Positions 52,345-61,681 of a stretch of 61,681 nt of DNA are shown here, piece by piece. A model generated the notes under the pieces. It saw only the letters and a program-made list of their open reading frames with translations. It was not told the origin of the DNA and searched no databases. Source of the DNA: Dehalococcoidia bacterium (lineage in GTDB: Bacteria; Chloroflexota; Dehalococcoidia; DSTF01; WHTK01); NCBI GenBank assembly GCA_035574915.1, contig DATLYJ010000089.1, positions 1 through 61,681 of the forward strand. The letters are read 5' to 3'. Within the stretch, counting starts at the first letter, position 1. Each line of letters starts with the position of its first letter. The translations under genes were made by a program, and so were the position numbers.

Positions 52345-53726
52345 CAGCCGGCTTCCAGTGAGGCCGGCGGGCTCTTGGAGCCGCCGCGCAAGCGGGACAA
52401 CGTGGACCGCGCGCCTTCGACGAAGAGACCGACATCCGCGAGACGCGGCAGCACCGCATCCAGGGGCCGGCCGCCAGAGATGCGTCCGTAGGCCACAAGG
52501 GTCAGGACGAGGTTCGCGCAGTAGGCGATCGTGGAGGCGCCGGCAGCGCCCGCGACCCCGAAGGGCGGGATCAGCACCAGGTCGAGCGCCAGCGTCAGCG
52601 CCAGGGTCGCGGCCGAAATCCAGGTGTTGAGCATCGGCTTTCCCTGGCTGAACACGTAGGCGGACAGGACCTTGGCGCCGGACATCGCCACCGCCCCGGG
52701 TAACAGCCAGAGAAGCGGTTCCACGGACCCTTCGAACTCGTCGCCGAACACGAAGGGGACAGCAAAGGGAGATGCGGCCGCGACGGCGACGGCGCTGAGC
52801 GCGGTCACGAGCATGGTATTGCGGCAGACGAGGGGTGTGGCGCGAGCCGCATACTCAGGGTCGGACGAAGCCAGCTTGGGGATGAGGACCACGGCAACGG
52901 AATTCGCCACCAGCCAGAGCGCCTCGCTTACCGCGACACCGTTGGCATAGAGCCCGACTCCTGCAGAGCTCACGAAGAGCGCCACGAGATAGGAGTCCAG
53001 GCGATAATTCAGGGTCTGGACGATATTCCCCGCCTGGCCCTGCATCCCGAAGCTCACCAGGCGCCGCATGACGCCCCAGGTCCCCAGGCCTCGCGGCCAG
53101 GCGCGGACGCCCAGTGCCGCGTAGCCGGCAAGCACGGACGGGAGCGGGGACAGGCTCCATAGGAGTATCGCGCGTGGCACCGTCAGGGAGCCCGCAACCT
53201 CCAGGGCCACAAGCCCCGCCAGCGTCACGAAGGGGACAGCGGCCTCGATGATGCTCACGATGAGGAACCTTCCGTCCGAGCGTAGTAGGACCTCGACGAG
53301 GCGGAACTGGACGACGAGGGGGATTGCGAGGACGACGAACCATTGGGGCACGCCGGCGTCGCTGAGCCACTCGCCGGCGAGGGCCTCCAGGACGGCCGCC
53401 GCGGCAGCGGCCAGCAGGGCCGACAGGACGGTCGTGCTGAGGCCTGCCTCGAGCGCCTGGCGCGCCGAGACTTCACCTCTGCTCACGTAGTAAAGGGCGG
53501 CGATGCTCACGCCAAAGGAGATGAACGCGTAGCTGAGATTGATAGACGTTTGATACAGGGCCGTCACGCCCCGGCCTTCGCTACCGAGGAACTGCGATAC
53601 CGCGACGATGATGAGGAAGCTCAGCACGTACACGGTGAGGGTGCTGAGGAAGATCAGGTTGACGTTGGCCAGGAAGCCCCCGTGGCGCTGAGGGTCAGCG
53701 GTGGTGCCACCATAGGCGTCAGACAC
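52344..53726 (-). CDS. Oligosaccharide/polysaccharide flippase (MOP/Wzx family)
   Basis: About 12-14 TM segments. GTG 53726 gives an 8-nt overlap with the upstream GT4 (the ORF-track start at 53774 gives 56 nt). TGATG junction with the downstream GT4. Confidence 0.78.
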   Translation of the reverse strand: MSDAYGGTTADPQRHGGFLANVNLIFLSTLTVYVLSFLIIVAVSQFLGSEGRGVTALYQTSINLSYAFISFGVSIAALYYVSRGEVSARQALEAGLSTTVLSALLAAAAAAVLEALAGEWLSDAGVPQWFVVLAIPLVVQFRLVEVLLRSDGRFLIVSIIEAAVPFVTLAGLVALEVAGSLTVPRAILLWSLSPLPSVLAGYAALGVRAWPRGLGTWGVMRRLVSFGMQGQAGNIVQTLNYRLDSYLVALFVSSAGVGLYANGVAVSEALWLVANSVAVVLIPKLASSDPEYAARATPLVCRNTMLVTALSAVAVAAASPFAVPFVFGDEFEGSVEPLLWLLPGAVAMSGAKVLSAYVFSQGKPMLNTWISAATLALTLALDLVLIPPFGVAGAAGASTIAYCANLVLTLVAYGRISGGRPLDAVLPRLADVGLFVEGARSTLSRLRGGSKSPPASLEAG

Positions 53727-54990
53727 GAGTGGCCGCTCCGCTGACCGCGCGCCCGACCAGCGCTTCGACCTCACGCAGCTCTGCGTTGAGGCGGTCCTGC
53801 CAGCTCCAGAATTCCCTGGCGGCGAGGCGCGCCGCGGCCTCGCCGAGGCGCCGGCGGCGCTCCCGGTCGGACGCTAGCGACGCGAGCGCCCTGGCGATGC
53901 GAGACGGCTCCCCGGAGGCCGGCAACAGCACACCTGTCTCCCCGTCCCGGATGAGATCGGCGGTGTCGCCTTCGTCCAGGGTCAGGATGCACCGCCCGGC
54001 GCTCATGGCCTCGAGCAGGGGGTTGCCGACATTCGAGAGCTCGTTCAGCGACAGGAAGATGTCCGCTGCCCAGAGGTAACGCTGGACCTCCGCCTGCGGT
54101 ACGGCGCCCGTGAAGGTCACGGCTGGCGCTACGCCACGGTCCCGGGCCAGCGCTTCGAGGTTCGTGCGCTCCTCCCCGTCGCCCACGACGATGAGACGCG
54201 CCCTTGTGACCTCCCGCCGCAGGAGCGCGAGCGCGTCGATTGCGCGGTCGATGCGCTTCCATCGGGCGAGGCGGGCGGCGGTCACGAGCACGATGTCATC
54301 CGGCGCGAGGCCGAGCGCGGCGCGGGCCTCTTCAGCCTCGGCTTCAGTGGGCGGGCGGATGTGGCGCAAGTCAAGGCCGTTGCGCCAGAAGCGGACCTTG
54401 CCGGCAGAGGCGGGGTTCAGACGCGCGAGCACCTCAGCGCCGCGCGTGCCGTCGTTCGTCATCACGTAGAGGTCGGCAGGCGTGCGCAGGGCCAGCACCT
54501 CCTCGTACCGGCGCAGTAGTTGCAGCCGGCTGTCGAGGTAGGGGTGCATGATGGTGCCCTGAAATCGGGCGACGAGCGGTAGTGGCAGCCTGCGGCGGAC
54601 AAGGCGCTGGGCGAGCACGCCGTGTACCTCGTAGCCGTAGAGGAGGTCATATGCCCGCCCGCGGGCGGTCTGGAGGGCCCTCCGTGAGGCGAGCCAGGGG
54701 AAGAGCGCGGCAAACCGCAGCTTCTGGTCGGCGCGCAGCACGAAATCGGGCCACGGGACGCGTGACTCGCCGAGCGAGGGGAGATGGAACTGATGAAAGG
54801 TCACGCCCTCCAGCTCGGGCGGCGGCACCGGGGGCGCGCCGTGGTGGTGGTTCGCGCCGATGGTGGGTGAGACGACGTCCACCAGGTGGCCCCGCTGGCC
54901 GTAGGCCTGCAGCGTCTTGTGAAGGGAGGGGGCGCCGCCCTGGCCGGAAAGGGCCCAGACGTCCAGGGCGGTGATCAGGAGGATGCGCAA
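53719..54990 (-). CDS. Glycosyltransferase family 4 (GT-B)
   Basis: MRILLITALDVW...GGAPSLHKTL; C-terminal NPLLEAMSAGRCILT and GETGVLL. Confidence 0.85.
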   Translation of the reverse strand: MRILLITALDVWALSGQGGAPSLHKTLQAYGQRGHLVDVVSPTIGANHHHGAPPVPPPELEGVTFHQFHLPSLGESRVPWPDFVLRADQKLRFAALFPWLASRRALQTARGRAYDLLYGYEVHGVLAQRLVRRRLPLPLVARFQGTIMHPYLDSRLQLLRRYEEVLALRTPADLYVMTNDGTRGAEVLARLNPASAGKVRFWRNGLDLRHIRPPTEAEAEEARAALGLAPDDIVLVTAARLARWKRIDRAIDALALLRREVTRARLIVVGDGEERTNLEALARDRGVAPAVTFTGAVPQAEVQRYLWAADIFLSLNELSNVGNPLLEAMSAGRCILTLDEGDTADLIRDGETGVLLPASGEPSRIARALASLASDRERRRRLGEAAARLAAREFWSWQDRLNAELREVEALVGRAVSGAATRV

Positions 54991-55180
54991 GCCCCACCTC
55001 TCCGCCGCGCCCGGCGAGCATGCAACCCCTCCCCGGCCGCGGGAGGGTGGCCTGAGGTCGGTCGATGGCCGGGGATGGACTGCAGGCTGATGTTCGACGG
55101 CCCTCGAGTCGGCTCACCGTGTCGGATGCCGTTGTGGGTTAGTGTAGGAGAGGGACGGCATCGACGCCAAAGCGCGGCAA

Positions 55181-55210
55181 TTGATAGGATCGTCCGGAGC
55201 CCGCTATGAT
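55181..55210 (+). promoter_or_regulatory. Promoter TTGATA-N18-TATGAT for tRNA-Pro
   Basis: TTGATA 55181-55186 and TATGAT 55205-55210. The tRNA 5' end lies 18 nt downstream. Confidence 0.5.
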
Positions 55211-55227
55211 TTATCGTTCCCACGCAT

Positions 55228-55305
55228 CGGGGTGTAGCTCAGCCAGGCTAGAGCGCACGGTTCGGGACCGTGAGGTCGGCAGTTCAAATCTGCCCACCCC
55301 GACCA
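55228..55305 (+). tRNA. tRNA-Pro (anticodon CGG), CCA encoded
   Basis: Manual cloverleaf: acceptor CGGGGTG/CACCCCG, D stem GCTC/GAGC, anticodon stem CACGG/CCGTG with loop TTCGGGA, T stem GGCAG/CTGCC with loop TTCAAAT, discriminator A, then CCA. Confidence 0.9.
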
Positions 55306-55369
55306 TGCAGCGCCAACGACGAGATGCCGCGCGTGCATCCGTGTTTCTTCTCAACGAGGTGTAACGTCG

Positions 55370-56212
55370 ATGACAATGCCCGCCCAAGGGGAAGATGCGG
55401 CCCGCCTGAAGCGTCAGCGTGCCGACCAGGCGATAGCCCTCGCGCTCGAGGGCCGCTGGGAAGAGGCGGTCAGCCTCAACCGCCAGATTCTCGAGACCTC
55501 GCCTAACGATGTCGATAGCTGGAACCGCCTCGGCAAGGCCCTGCTGGAGCTGGGCCGGCTGCGCGAGTCCCGCGAGGCTTACCAGACCGCCCTCGAGCTC
55601 GACCCGGTAAACACGATCGCCAAGCGCAACCTCGAGCGCCTGGCGAACGTGAAGGAAGAGGAGTTCGCGCGCGAGGGCACCGGCAAGGCTGCCCAGGACG
55701 TCTTCATCGAGGAGATGGGCAAGTCCGGCACCAGCATGCTCCAGGACGTGCAGACGGACATGCTCAGCCGCCTCGTCGCCGGCGACGAGGTCTACCTGAA
55801 GGCGGACGACACGGTCCTGCGCGTCGAGAATGCCCAGGGTGAGTTCATCGGCACGGTGGAGCCGAAGCTCGGGCTGCGTCTCACGCGCCTCATGCAAGGC
55901 GGCAACCGCTATGCGGCCGCGATCAAGAGCGTGAGCGACGCGGGCGCCGAGATCATCATCAAGGAGACCTACCGCGACCCGAGCCAGACGCGCCTCTCCT
56001 TCCCCGCGACGAGCGCCGAGGGCCTGAGGCCCTACACCCGTGAGACCCTCCTCCGCTACGACATCGATGAGGAAGAGGATGAGACCGAGGACGAGGCGGA
56101 GGTCGAAGACTGGGAGGCGGATGAGACCGAGGTCGGCGAGCCGGGCCTCATGAGCCTCAGCTCCTTCAAGGAGACAATAGAGGGCCACGAGGACGAAGAC
56201 GACGAACTCTAA
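55370..56212 (+). CDS. TPR-repeat protein with a central beta-rich domain and a highly acidic C-terminal tail
   Basis: TPR-like N-terminus (AIALALEGRWEEAVSLNRQILETSPNDVDSWNRLGKALLELGR...), a central domain, then DEEEDETEDEAEVEDWEADETE...HEDEDDEL. Confidence 0.68.
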   Translation: MTMPAQGEDAARLKRQRADQAIALALEGRWEEAVSLNRQILETSPNDVDSWNRLGKALLELGRLRESREAYQTALELDPVNTIAKRNLERLANVKEEEFAREGTGKAAQDVFIEEMGKSGTSMLQDVQTDMLSRLVAGDEVYLKADDTVLRVENAQGEFIGTVEPKLGLRLTRLMQGGNRYAAAIKSVSDAGAEIIIKETYRDPSQTRLSFPATSAEGLRPYTRETLLRYDIDEEEDETEDEAEVEDWEADETEVGEPGLMSLSSFKETIEGHEDEDDEL

Positions 56213-56233
56213 CCCGAGCGTCGGAGTCGCCTG

Positions 56234-56932
56234 GTGAGACGGGTCGGCGTCACGCGCTGGGAGGACGTCGCCGGCGAGAGCATCGAGCGATACTGGCAGC
56301 GCCTGCGAGACGCAGGCCTCGAGCCGGTCGACATGCACGGACCTGGTTGCACGCTGGAAGGGCTGAGCGGCCTGGTCCTGACTGGCGGCGTCGACATCGA
56401 CCCCGCGCGTTACGGCGCCGAACGCCACGAGCGGGTCAGGCGCATCGATCCGCTGCGGGACGAGTTCGAGTCAGCCCTCCTGCATGCGGCTTTGCGACAG
56501 GACATGCCGGTCCTGGCCATCTGCCGCGGCCATCAGCTCCTGAACGTGTGCCTTGGCGGCTCGCTGCTGCAGCACATCGAGAGCGGCGAGCACGTCGCGG
56601 ACTATCGCAGCGAGGGCTTCCCCTCGCGCAGCCACGAGGTCGTGACGGCTGCAGGGTCGCGGCTGCGCGAGTGGCTGGGCGAGCGCTGCCTGGTGAACTC
56701 GCGTCATCACCAGGCGGTCACGACGGAGCGGCTCGCGCCGGGGCTGACGGCCGCGGCGACCTCGGCGGACGGCCTGGTCGAGGGCATCGAAAGCCAACGC
56801 CACACGTGGGTGGTCGGGGTGCAGTGGCACCCGGAGCGCGATGAACCGCAGCTAGCGGGGTTCGAAGCGTCGGGGCGGCGTCTTTTCGAGGAGTTGGCGG
56901 CCGTCGTGCTCGCGTCTGCTGTCCGGACCTAA
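56234..56932 (+). CDS. Class I glutamine amidotransferase-like hydrolase (gamma-glutamyl-GABA hydrolase / peptidase C26 family)
   Basis: LVLTGGVDIDPARYG, PVLAICRGHQLLNV (Cys nucleophile), GVQWHPE. Confidence 0.85.
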   Translation: MRRVGVTRWEDVAGESIERYWQRLRDAGLEPVDMHGPGCTLEGLSGLVLTGGVDIDPARYGAERHERVRRIDPLRDEFESALLHAALRQDMPVLAICRGHQLLNVCLGGSLLQHIESGEHVADYRSEGFPSRSHEVVTAAGSRLREWLGERCLVNSRHHQAVTTERLAPGLTAAATSADGLVEGIESQRHTWVVGVQWHPERDEPQLAGFEASGRRLFEELAAVVLASAVRT

Positions 56933-57510
56933 CGCCGCCGCCGGCGTGTCCACTGCTCGACGAAGTCGACCTCGTCCTCGCGGCGTTCGGCGAGGCGGCT
57001 TCTTCGTCCCGGCGTCACGGCCCACACGTACACCATCGTCAGCCCGCCGTGCAGGGTCGTACCGATGAGCGTGGCGATGACGACCAGGAACACGAACCCG
57101 CCGCTACTCGTGCCACCCGCGCCCAGGGAACGGTACGACTCTTCCGCGCCCATGGTCCCGGCGAAGGTGACCAGGCAGACGGCCGCCACCCAGTGCGAGG
57201 CGGCGCCCACGGCCGCCCCGAACAGGTCGACCTCGAAGAGGCCGGTCATCCGCCTCCAGAGGGCGCGCAGGGCGTAGAGCGAGATCGAGAGGGCCGGTAG
57301 GGCCAGAAACAACGCCGAGACGGTCGGTACCCAGGACGCCAGGCCAAGGTCGTCGGCGGCGCCCCAGGCGGCGGGCGCCATCGCCAGCAAGAGGGCGGCG
57401 GCCCCACCGGAAAGGAGCGGTGGCGCGAGCACCAGGAGCTTCCGCAGCGGGTTGGCGCGCAGGGGCGTGGCCGGGGCATTGTCCACTTCGCTTGGCCTCC
57501 GGAGAATCAA
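56929..57510 (-). CDS. Hypothetical polytopic membrane protein
   Basis: Four or five hydrophobic segments and a basic C-terminus. Its stop overlaps the convergent stop (CTAA). Confidence 0.45.
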   Translation of the reverse strand: MILRRPSEVDNAPATPLRANPLRKLLVLAPPLLSGGAAALLLAMAPAAWGAADDLGLASWVPTVSALFLALPALSISLYALRALWRRMTGLFEVDLFGAAVGAASHWVAAVCLVTFAGTMGAEESYRSLGAGGTSSGGFVFLVVIATLIGTTLHGGLTMVYVWAVTPGRRSRLAERREDEVDFVEQWTRRRRR

Positions 57511-57511
57511 A

Positions 57512-57546
57512 TGGTATCATTGATTTAGCATTTTCGCCTCTATAGC
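57512..57546 (+). promoter_or_regulatory. AT-rich gyrA promoter region (TGgTATCAT extended -10, or TTGATT-N15-TATAGC)
   Basis: The only AT-rich patch upstream of gyrA. Two overlapping promoter readings; GGAG SD lies 7 nt before the ATG. Confidence 0.3.
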
Positions 57547-57558
57547 CCGGAGCTATCG

Positions 57559-60078
57559 ATGACCCAGGCCCCGTCATCAGAGTTCGGCGATATCCGCCCC
57601 ATCCGCATTGAGGACGAAATGCGCGTGTCCTTCGTGGACTACGCGATGAGCGTCAACGTCTCGCGGGCGATCCCGGATGTCCGCGACGGCCTCAAGCCGG
57701 TACAGCGCCGCATCCTCTACGCGATGTCGGAGCTCGGACTCGACGGCAACCAGAACAAGAAGTGCGCCACTGTCGTCGGCGAGGTGATGGGTAAGTACCA
57801 CCCCCACGGCGACGCCCCAATCTACGAGGCGCTTGTCCGCTTGGCCCAGGACTGGTCTATGCGCTATCCGCTGGTCACCGGCCAGGGCAACTTCGGCAGC
57901 ATCGACAACGACCCGCCGGCCGCCATGCGCTACACCGAGGCGCGCCTTGCCCCGATCGCCACGGAGCTCCTGGCGGACATCGACAAGAACACCGTCGACT
58001 TCGTCCCCAACTTCTCGGACGAGCATTTGCAGCCTGTCGTTCTCCCGGCGCGCATCCCCAACCTCCTCATAAACGGCGCCTCCGGCATCGGCGTGAGTCT
58101 GGCGACGAACATCCCGCCCCACAACCTGGGCGAGGTGCTGGATGCCGTGACAACGCTGCTCGACAACCCGGACGTCTCCTCAGACGAGCTTTCGAACATC
58201 ATCAAGGGGCCGGATTTCCCGACCGGCGGGATCATCTTCGGCCGTAACGCGATCAAGCAGGCGTATAGCGACGGCCGCGGCCGCATCGTGGTGCGGGCGC
58301 GCGCTCATGTCGAGGAGTCGCGCTCGGGCCGGGCGCAGATCGTAGTCACGGAGCTGCCATTCCAGGTCAACAAGGCCGGCCTTGTGGCCCGGATCGCGGA
58401 GCTGGTAAAGCAGCGCAAGATCGAAGGCATCAGCGACCTGCGGGACGAGAGCGACCGCAACGGCATGCGGATCGTCATCGAGCTGGCCCGCGGCGGGCAG
58501 GCGCCCGTGATCCTCCGGAACCTCTACAAGCACACGGCGATGCAGTCCACCTTCGCCGTCAACATGCTGGCGCTGGTCGAGAACGAACCCCGCACGATCC
58601 GCCTGAAGACGGCGCTGGAGCTGTACATCAACCACCGGCGGGAGGTGATCCGGCGCCGGAGCGAGTTCGACCTTCAGAAGGCGCGCGACCGTGCCCACAT
58701 CCTCGAAGGCCTCCTCAAGGCCATCCAGAACCTGAACGCCGTCATCCGCACCATCCGCGAGTCGCCGTCTGCCGACGTGGCGAAGGAGCGCCTGCAGGAG
58801 CGGCCCTTCGGCCTGACGGAGATACAGGCGCAGGCCGTCCTGGACATGCAGTTGCGCCGCCTGGCCAACCTGGAGCGGCAAAAACTGCAGGACGAATACG
58901 CGGAGGTCATCCAGAACATCAACTACCTGGAGGACCTGCTCGCGAACCCGCGAAAGATCGACTTCCTGATCAAGGACGAGGCCGCGGAGGTCAAGAAGAA
59001 GTACGCCGACGAGCGCCGGACCCAGGTCGTGGAGCAGGAGGTCGAGGACTTCAGCGAAGAGGACCTGATCCCGCACCAGGAGTGCGTCATCACCCTCACC
59101 AACCGCGGCTACATCAAGCGGCTGCCCCTGGACACTTACCGCACGCAGCGGCGCGGCGGCCGGGGCATCACCGGCATGGGAGTGCGGGAGGCCGACGCCA
59201 TCTACCGCCTTCTGGTAGCAGACACGCACGACAGCTTGCTGTTCTTCACGGACCGGGGTCGCGTCTTCCAGCTGAAGGTGCACGAGATCCCGGACTCCAC
59301 CCGCCAGGCCCGCGGCACCCCCCTCGTGAACCTGATCGAGATCGAGCCGGGCGAGCTGGTCACGGCCGTCGTCGGCACGACCACGTATGATGACGACTTC
59401 ATGCTGCTGGCGACCAAGCGCGGCGAGGTCAAGAAGACGCCTCTGAGCGAGTTCGAGTCTGTTCGCCGCGCCGGCCTCATAGCCATGAACATCGAGCCCG
59501 GAGACTCGCTGGTGCTCGCCGGCCTGGCGCGCGAGGACGACGAGGTCGTCCTGGTTTCGTCCCAGGGCAAGGCGATCAGGTTCCGGGTCGCAGAGCTCCG
59601 CTCCGCCTCGCGCCAGAGCGGCGGCGTGCGCGGCATGCGCCTGTCGGGGCCAGACGATGAGGTCGTGGCGATGGAGATCCCGCGGCCGGGGGCGATGCTC
59701 CTGACTATCTCCGAGACCGGCCTGGGCAAGCGTACCGAGTTCGCCGAGTACCCGCGGCACTCGCGCGGCGGCCAGGGCGTCGTGACTCACAACGTGACGG
59801 CGCGCACGGGGCGGATCGTGGCCGCCCGGACGGTGCTCCCTGGCTGGGAGCTGATACTGGTGTCCCAGAGCGGCATAGTGATGCGGACCACGGTCGACAG
59901 CATCGCCAAGGTGGGACGGGCGGCGCAGGGCGTCCACGTCATGAACGTTGGCCAGGGGGACCGCGTCGCTTCGTTGGCCTGTGTCGACCTCGCGAAGAAC
60001 AGCGGGAACCCGGCGGCGAGCGGCGCGCGCGGCAACGGCAGCAGCCCGGACGGCAGGCCGCGCAGACGGCGCACGTAG
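57559..60078 (+). CDS. gyrA: DNA gyrase subunit A
   Basis: [43 protein letters not shown], and C-terminal beta-pinwheel repeats; 839 aa. Confidence 0.97.
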   Translation: MTQAPSSEFGDIRPIRIEDEMRVSFVDYAMSVNVSRAIPDVRDGLKPVQRRILYAMSELGLDGNQNKKCATVVGEVMGKYHPHGDAPIYEALVRLAQDWSMRYPLVTGQGNFGSIDNDPPAAMRYTEARLAPIATELLADIDKNTVDFVPNFSDEHLQPVVLPARIPNLLINGASGIGVSLATNIPPHNLGEVLDAVTTLLDNPDVSSDELSNIIKGPDFPTGGIIFGRNAIKQAYSDGRGRIVVRARAHVEESRSGRAQIVVTELPFQVNKAGLVARIAELVKQRKIEGISDLRDESDRNGMRIVIELARGGQAPVILRNLYKHTAMQSTFAVNMLALVENEPRTIRLKTALELYINHRREVIRRRSEFDLQKARDRAHILEGLLKAIQNLNAVIRTIRESPSADVAKERLQERPFGLTEIQAQAVLDMQLRRLANLERQKLQDEYAEVIQNINYLEDLLANPRKIDFLIKDEAAEVKKKYADERRTQVVEQEVEDFSEEDLIPHQECVITLTNRGYIKRLPLDTYRTQRRGGRGITGMGVREADAIYRLLVADTHDSLLFFTDRGRVFQLKVHEIPDSTRQARGTPLVNLIEIEPGELVTAVVGTTTYDDDFMLLATKRGEVKKTPLSEFESVRRAGLIAMNIEPGDSLVLAGLAREDDEVVLVSSQGKAIRFRVAELRSASRQSGGVRGMRLSGPDDEVVAMEIPRPGAMLLTISETGLGKRTEFAEYPRHSRGGQGVVTHNVTARTGRIVAARTVLPGWELILVSQSGIVMRTTVDSIAKVGRAAQGVHVMNVGQGDRVASLACVDLAKNSGNPAASGARGNGSSPDGRPRRRRT

Positions 60079-60122
60079 CCCGCTGGCCGCAGCCTTGAGG
60101 CTTTTGCCCGCACACCTCTAAT

Positions 60123-60152
60123 TTGACGTTAGCGTCAAGGATCGAATAGATT
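60123..60152 (+). promoter_or_regulatory. Promoter TTGACG-N18-TAGATT with the inverted repeat TTGACG-ttag-CGTCAA overlapping the -35
   Basis: TTGACG 60123-60128, CGTCAA 60133-60138, TAGATT 60147-60152, upstream of the DUF35/thiolase operon. Confidence 0.42.
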
Positions 60153-60207
60153 ACCCCTCGCTTCCCGTTTTCATCTCAAGCCCCGATGGAGGACTAGAGG
60201 AGTCGCC

Positions 60208-60633
60208 GTGACCGAACAGAGGCAAGCGCCACCAAAGCCTGTGCCTGCGCCCAACGCCGAGACCCAGTTCTTCTGGGATAAGGTCAACGAGGGTCAGCTC
60301 TGGCTCCAGCGCTGCAAGGACTGTGACCAGGGGGTCTTCTTCTACCCGCGTTACTTCTGCCCGAACTGCTTGAGCCAGAACGTCGAGTGGTTCCAGGCCT
60401 CCGGGCGGGGCAAGCTCCACACCTACATGATCAACCACCGCCCGCCGCCGGCCTTCATGAACGAGGCGCCCTACGCCATCGCCATCGTCGAACTGGAAGA
60501 GGGCGTGCGGATGATGACCAACATCCACGGCATCGAGAACACGCCCGAGAAGCTTGTCCTCGACATGGACCTGCGGGTCGTCTTCGAAGAGATCGCCCCC
60601 GGGCGCAAGGTCCCCTACTGGGTCCCCGCCTGA
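60208..60633 (+). CDS. Zn-ribbon OB-fold protein (DUF35 family)
   Basis: FFWDKVNEGQLWLQRCKDCDQGVFFYPRYFCPNC (two CxxC) followed by an OB-fold. GTG after GGAG. Confidence 0.85.
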   Translation: MTEQRQAPPKPVPAPNAETQFFWDKVNEGQLWLQRCKDCDQGVFFYPRYFCPNCLSQNVEWFQASGRGKLHTYMINHRPPPAFMNEAPYAIAIVELEEGVRMMTNIHGIENTPEKLVLDMDLRVVFEEIAPGRKVPYWVPA

Positions 60634-60719
60634 AGGCGGACATCCGGACGTCCGAACGCCCTCACTTCGGCCGTTCGGGTCCCGAAAAGTGCGGCATTTT
60701 TCCCTGACTGGAGAAGGTC

Positions 60720-61681
60720 ATGACTGACACGGTGCGCTACAAGGTCGCCATCGTCGGGCACGCGGAGACGACGGGGCTGAACGACATCCCCGGCATGTCC
60801 AGCCTCATGCTCGCCGCGGACGCGGCCATGAACGCCATAAAGGACTGCGGGATCGACAAGAAGAAGATCGATGGCGTCTTCTCGACCCACAGCCCGACGC
60901 AGCTGGCCCACTACCTCGGCATCACGCCGACCTGCGTCGACGGTACCTCCGTGGGAGGGACGTCGTTCCTGCTGCACGTGCGCCACGCTGCTGCTGCGCT
61001 TGCCCTCGGTTACTGCAACTACGCCCTCATAACGATGGGTGAGAGCGGCCACACCCGCGGCGACCTGATCGGCATCCCGTCTGCGCCCATCGGGCGCGGC
61101 CGCGGCCTGCCGGGCGGCGGCATGGGCTTCGGAATGCCGAACAACAGCCTTAGCGGCCAGTTCGAGGCGCCCTACGGCCCGGTCGGCCCGACCACGCTGT
61201 TTGGTATGGGGATCCTGCGCTACATGAAGGAGACGGGCCTCACGCACGAGCAGCTTGCGTCGGTGGTGGTCGCCCAGAGCAAGTGGGCGAAGGACAACCC
61301 GCGCGCCTTCCGGCCGCAGGAAGTAACGGTGGAGGACGTCCTGGCAAGCCGGATAATCTGCTACCCGCTGCACCTCCTCGAGTGCTGCCCCGTGACCGAC
61401 GCCGGCGGCGCCCTGATCCTCACTACCGCCGAGCGCGCGAAGGACTTCCCTACGAAGCCGGTCTACATCCTGGGCACTGGCGAGACCGTGGAGACACCCA
61501 TGGTGAGCATGATGAAGGACTTCACCAGCTCCCAGGGCTACAAGGTCTCGAGCAAGAAGGCCTTCGACGAGGCGCAGGTGACGCACGCCGACATCGACCA
61601 CGTCATGATCTATGACGCCTTCGCGCACCTGCCCATCTTCGCCCTCGAAGACACGGGCTTCTGCAAGCGAGGCGAGGCGGG
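60720..61681 (+). CDS. Thiolase-like (SCP-x type) protein, partial; the 3' end runs off the window
   Basis: ATG after GGAGAAGG. VAIVGHAETTGLNDIPG...IDGVF; frame open to the window end. Typical partner of DUF35 proteins. Confidence 0.85.
   Translation, partial: MTDTVRYKVAIVGHAETTGLNDIPGMSSLMLAADAAMNAIKDCGIDKKKIDGVFSTHSPTQLAHYLGITPTCVDGTSVGGTSFLLHVRHAAAALALGYCNYALITMGESGHTRGDLIGIPSAPIGRGRGLPGGGMGFGMPNNSLSGQFEAPYGPVGPTTLFGMGILRYMKETGLTHEQLASVVVAQSKWAKDNPRAFRPQEVTVEDVLASRIICYPLHLLECCPVTDAGGALILTTAERAKDFPTKPVYILGTGETVETPMVSMMKDFTSSQGYKVSSKKAFDEAQVTHADIDHVMIYDAFAHLPIFALEDTGFCKRGEA

Noticed and set aside
55228-55305. Genomic island integrated at tRNA-Pro.
   Set aside because: There is no integrase or recombinase gene, no repeat of the tRNA 3' end noticed nearby, and no visible compositional change on either side.
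58180-59937. Long antisense or out-of-frame ORFs. Examples: 585 aa opposite gyrA; 501 aa at 19970-21475 opposite the dioxygenase; 405 aa at 55211-56428 covering the tRNA and opposite the TPR gene; 295 aa at 47222-48109 and 374 aa at 47839-48963 opposite transketolase; 337 aa at 60615-61628 opposite the thiolase.
   Set aside because: Their translations are Arg/Ala/Gly/Pro-rich with no recognisable motifs. Each lies opposite a gene with a clear family signature. These are the typical stop-poor shadow frames of GC-rich DNA.
36646-60078. Replication origin, suggested by recF and gyrA being in the same window.
   Set aside because: No dnaA, dnaN or gyrB genes are present. I saw no cluster of TTATCCACA-like boxes and no extended AT-rich unwinding region. 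recF and gyrA are 20 kb apart on opposite strands.
1-61681. CRISPR arrays, rRNA genes, IS elements or transposases, prophage genes, toxin-antitoxin pairs, or recognisable defence-system genes.
   Set aside because: No regularly spaced repeats, no rRNA-like sequence and no transposase, integrase or phage signatures were seen in any frame. The only tandem or low-complexity repeats are coding (the Q/P tail, the GGGC tail and the acidic tail).

Overview
A 61.7 kb GC-rich bacterial chromosomal segment (codon third positions are mostly G/C). It is tightly packed, with about 60 protein genes and one tRNA. I saw no rRNA, CRISPR array, transposase, integrase or phage genes. Housekeeping genes include fmt, secG, gatB, valS, cinA, fabD-fabF, recF, gyrA, a split transketolase, a pseudouridine synthase and tRNA-Pro(CGG). 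Accessory modules are interleaved with them. There are two convergent MoxR-type modules: a DUF58/BatD-like/VWA/VWA-TPR operon, and a MoxR-DUF58-transglutaminase-like operon. There is an ArsR-rhodanese / MFS / persulfide-dioxygenase-rhodanese sulfur module. YqeC sits next to a PadR-modABC operon. There is a UdgX-type uracil-DNA glycosylase, a GT4-flippase-GT4 glycan cluster, and a small-ORF/TetR/IscA-like operon. The points I consider most worth follow-up are these. (1) Two conserved genes (GrpB family, transketolase N-subunit) have no in-frame ATG/GTG/TTG for their conserved N-termini; in both, a CTG is fused to the stop of an upstream ORF (CTGA). (2) The transglutaminase-like protein has all three catalytic-triad positions substituted. 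(3) The hsp20 leader carries a translationally coupled Arg-rich ORF and mutually exclusive pairings over the hsp20 Shine-Dalgarno (SD) sequence. (4) Extended -10 promoters (TGnTAnnnT) recur 6-13 nt from start codons, suggesting leaderless mRNAs. (5) Several palindromic candidate operators lie in promoters. All product calls come from reading the translations by eye; no database search was run.
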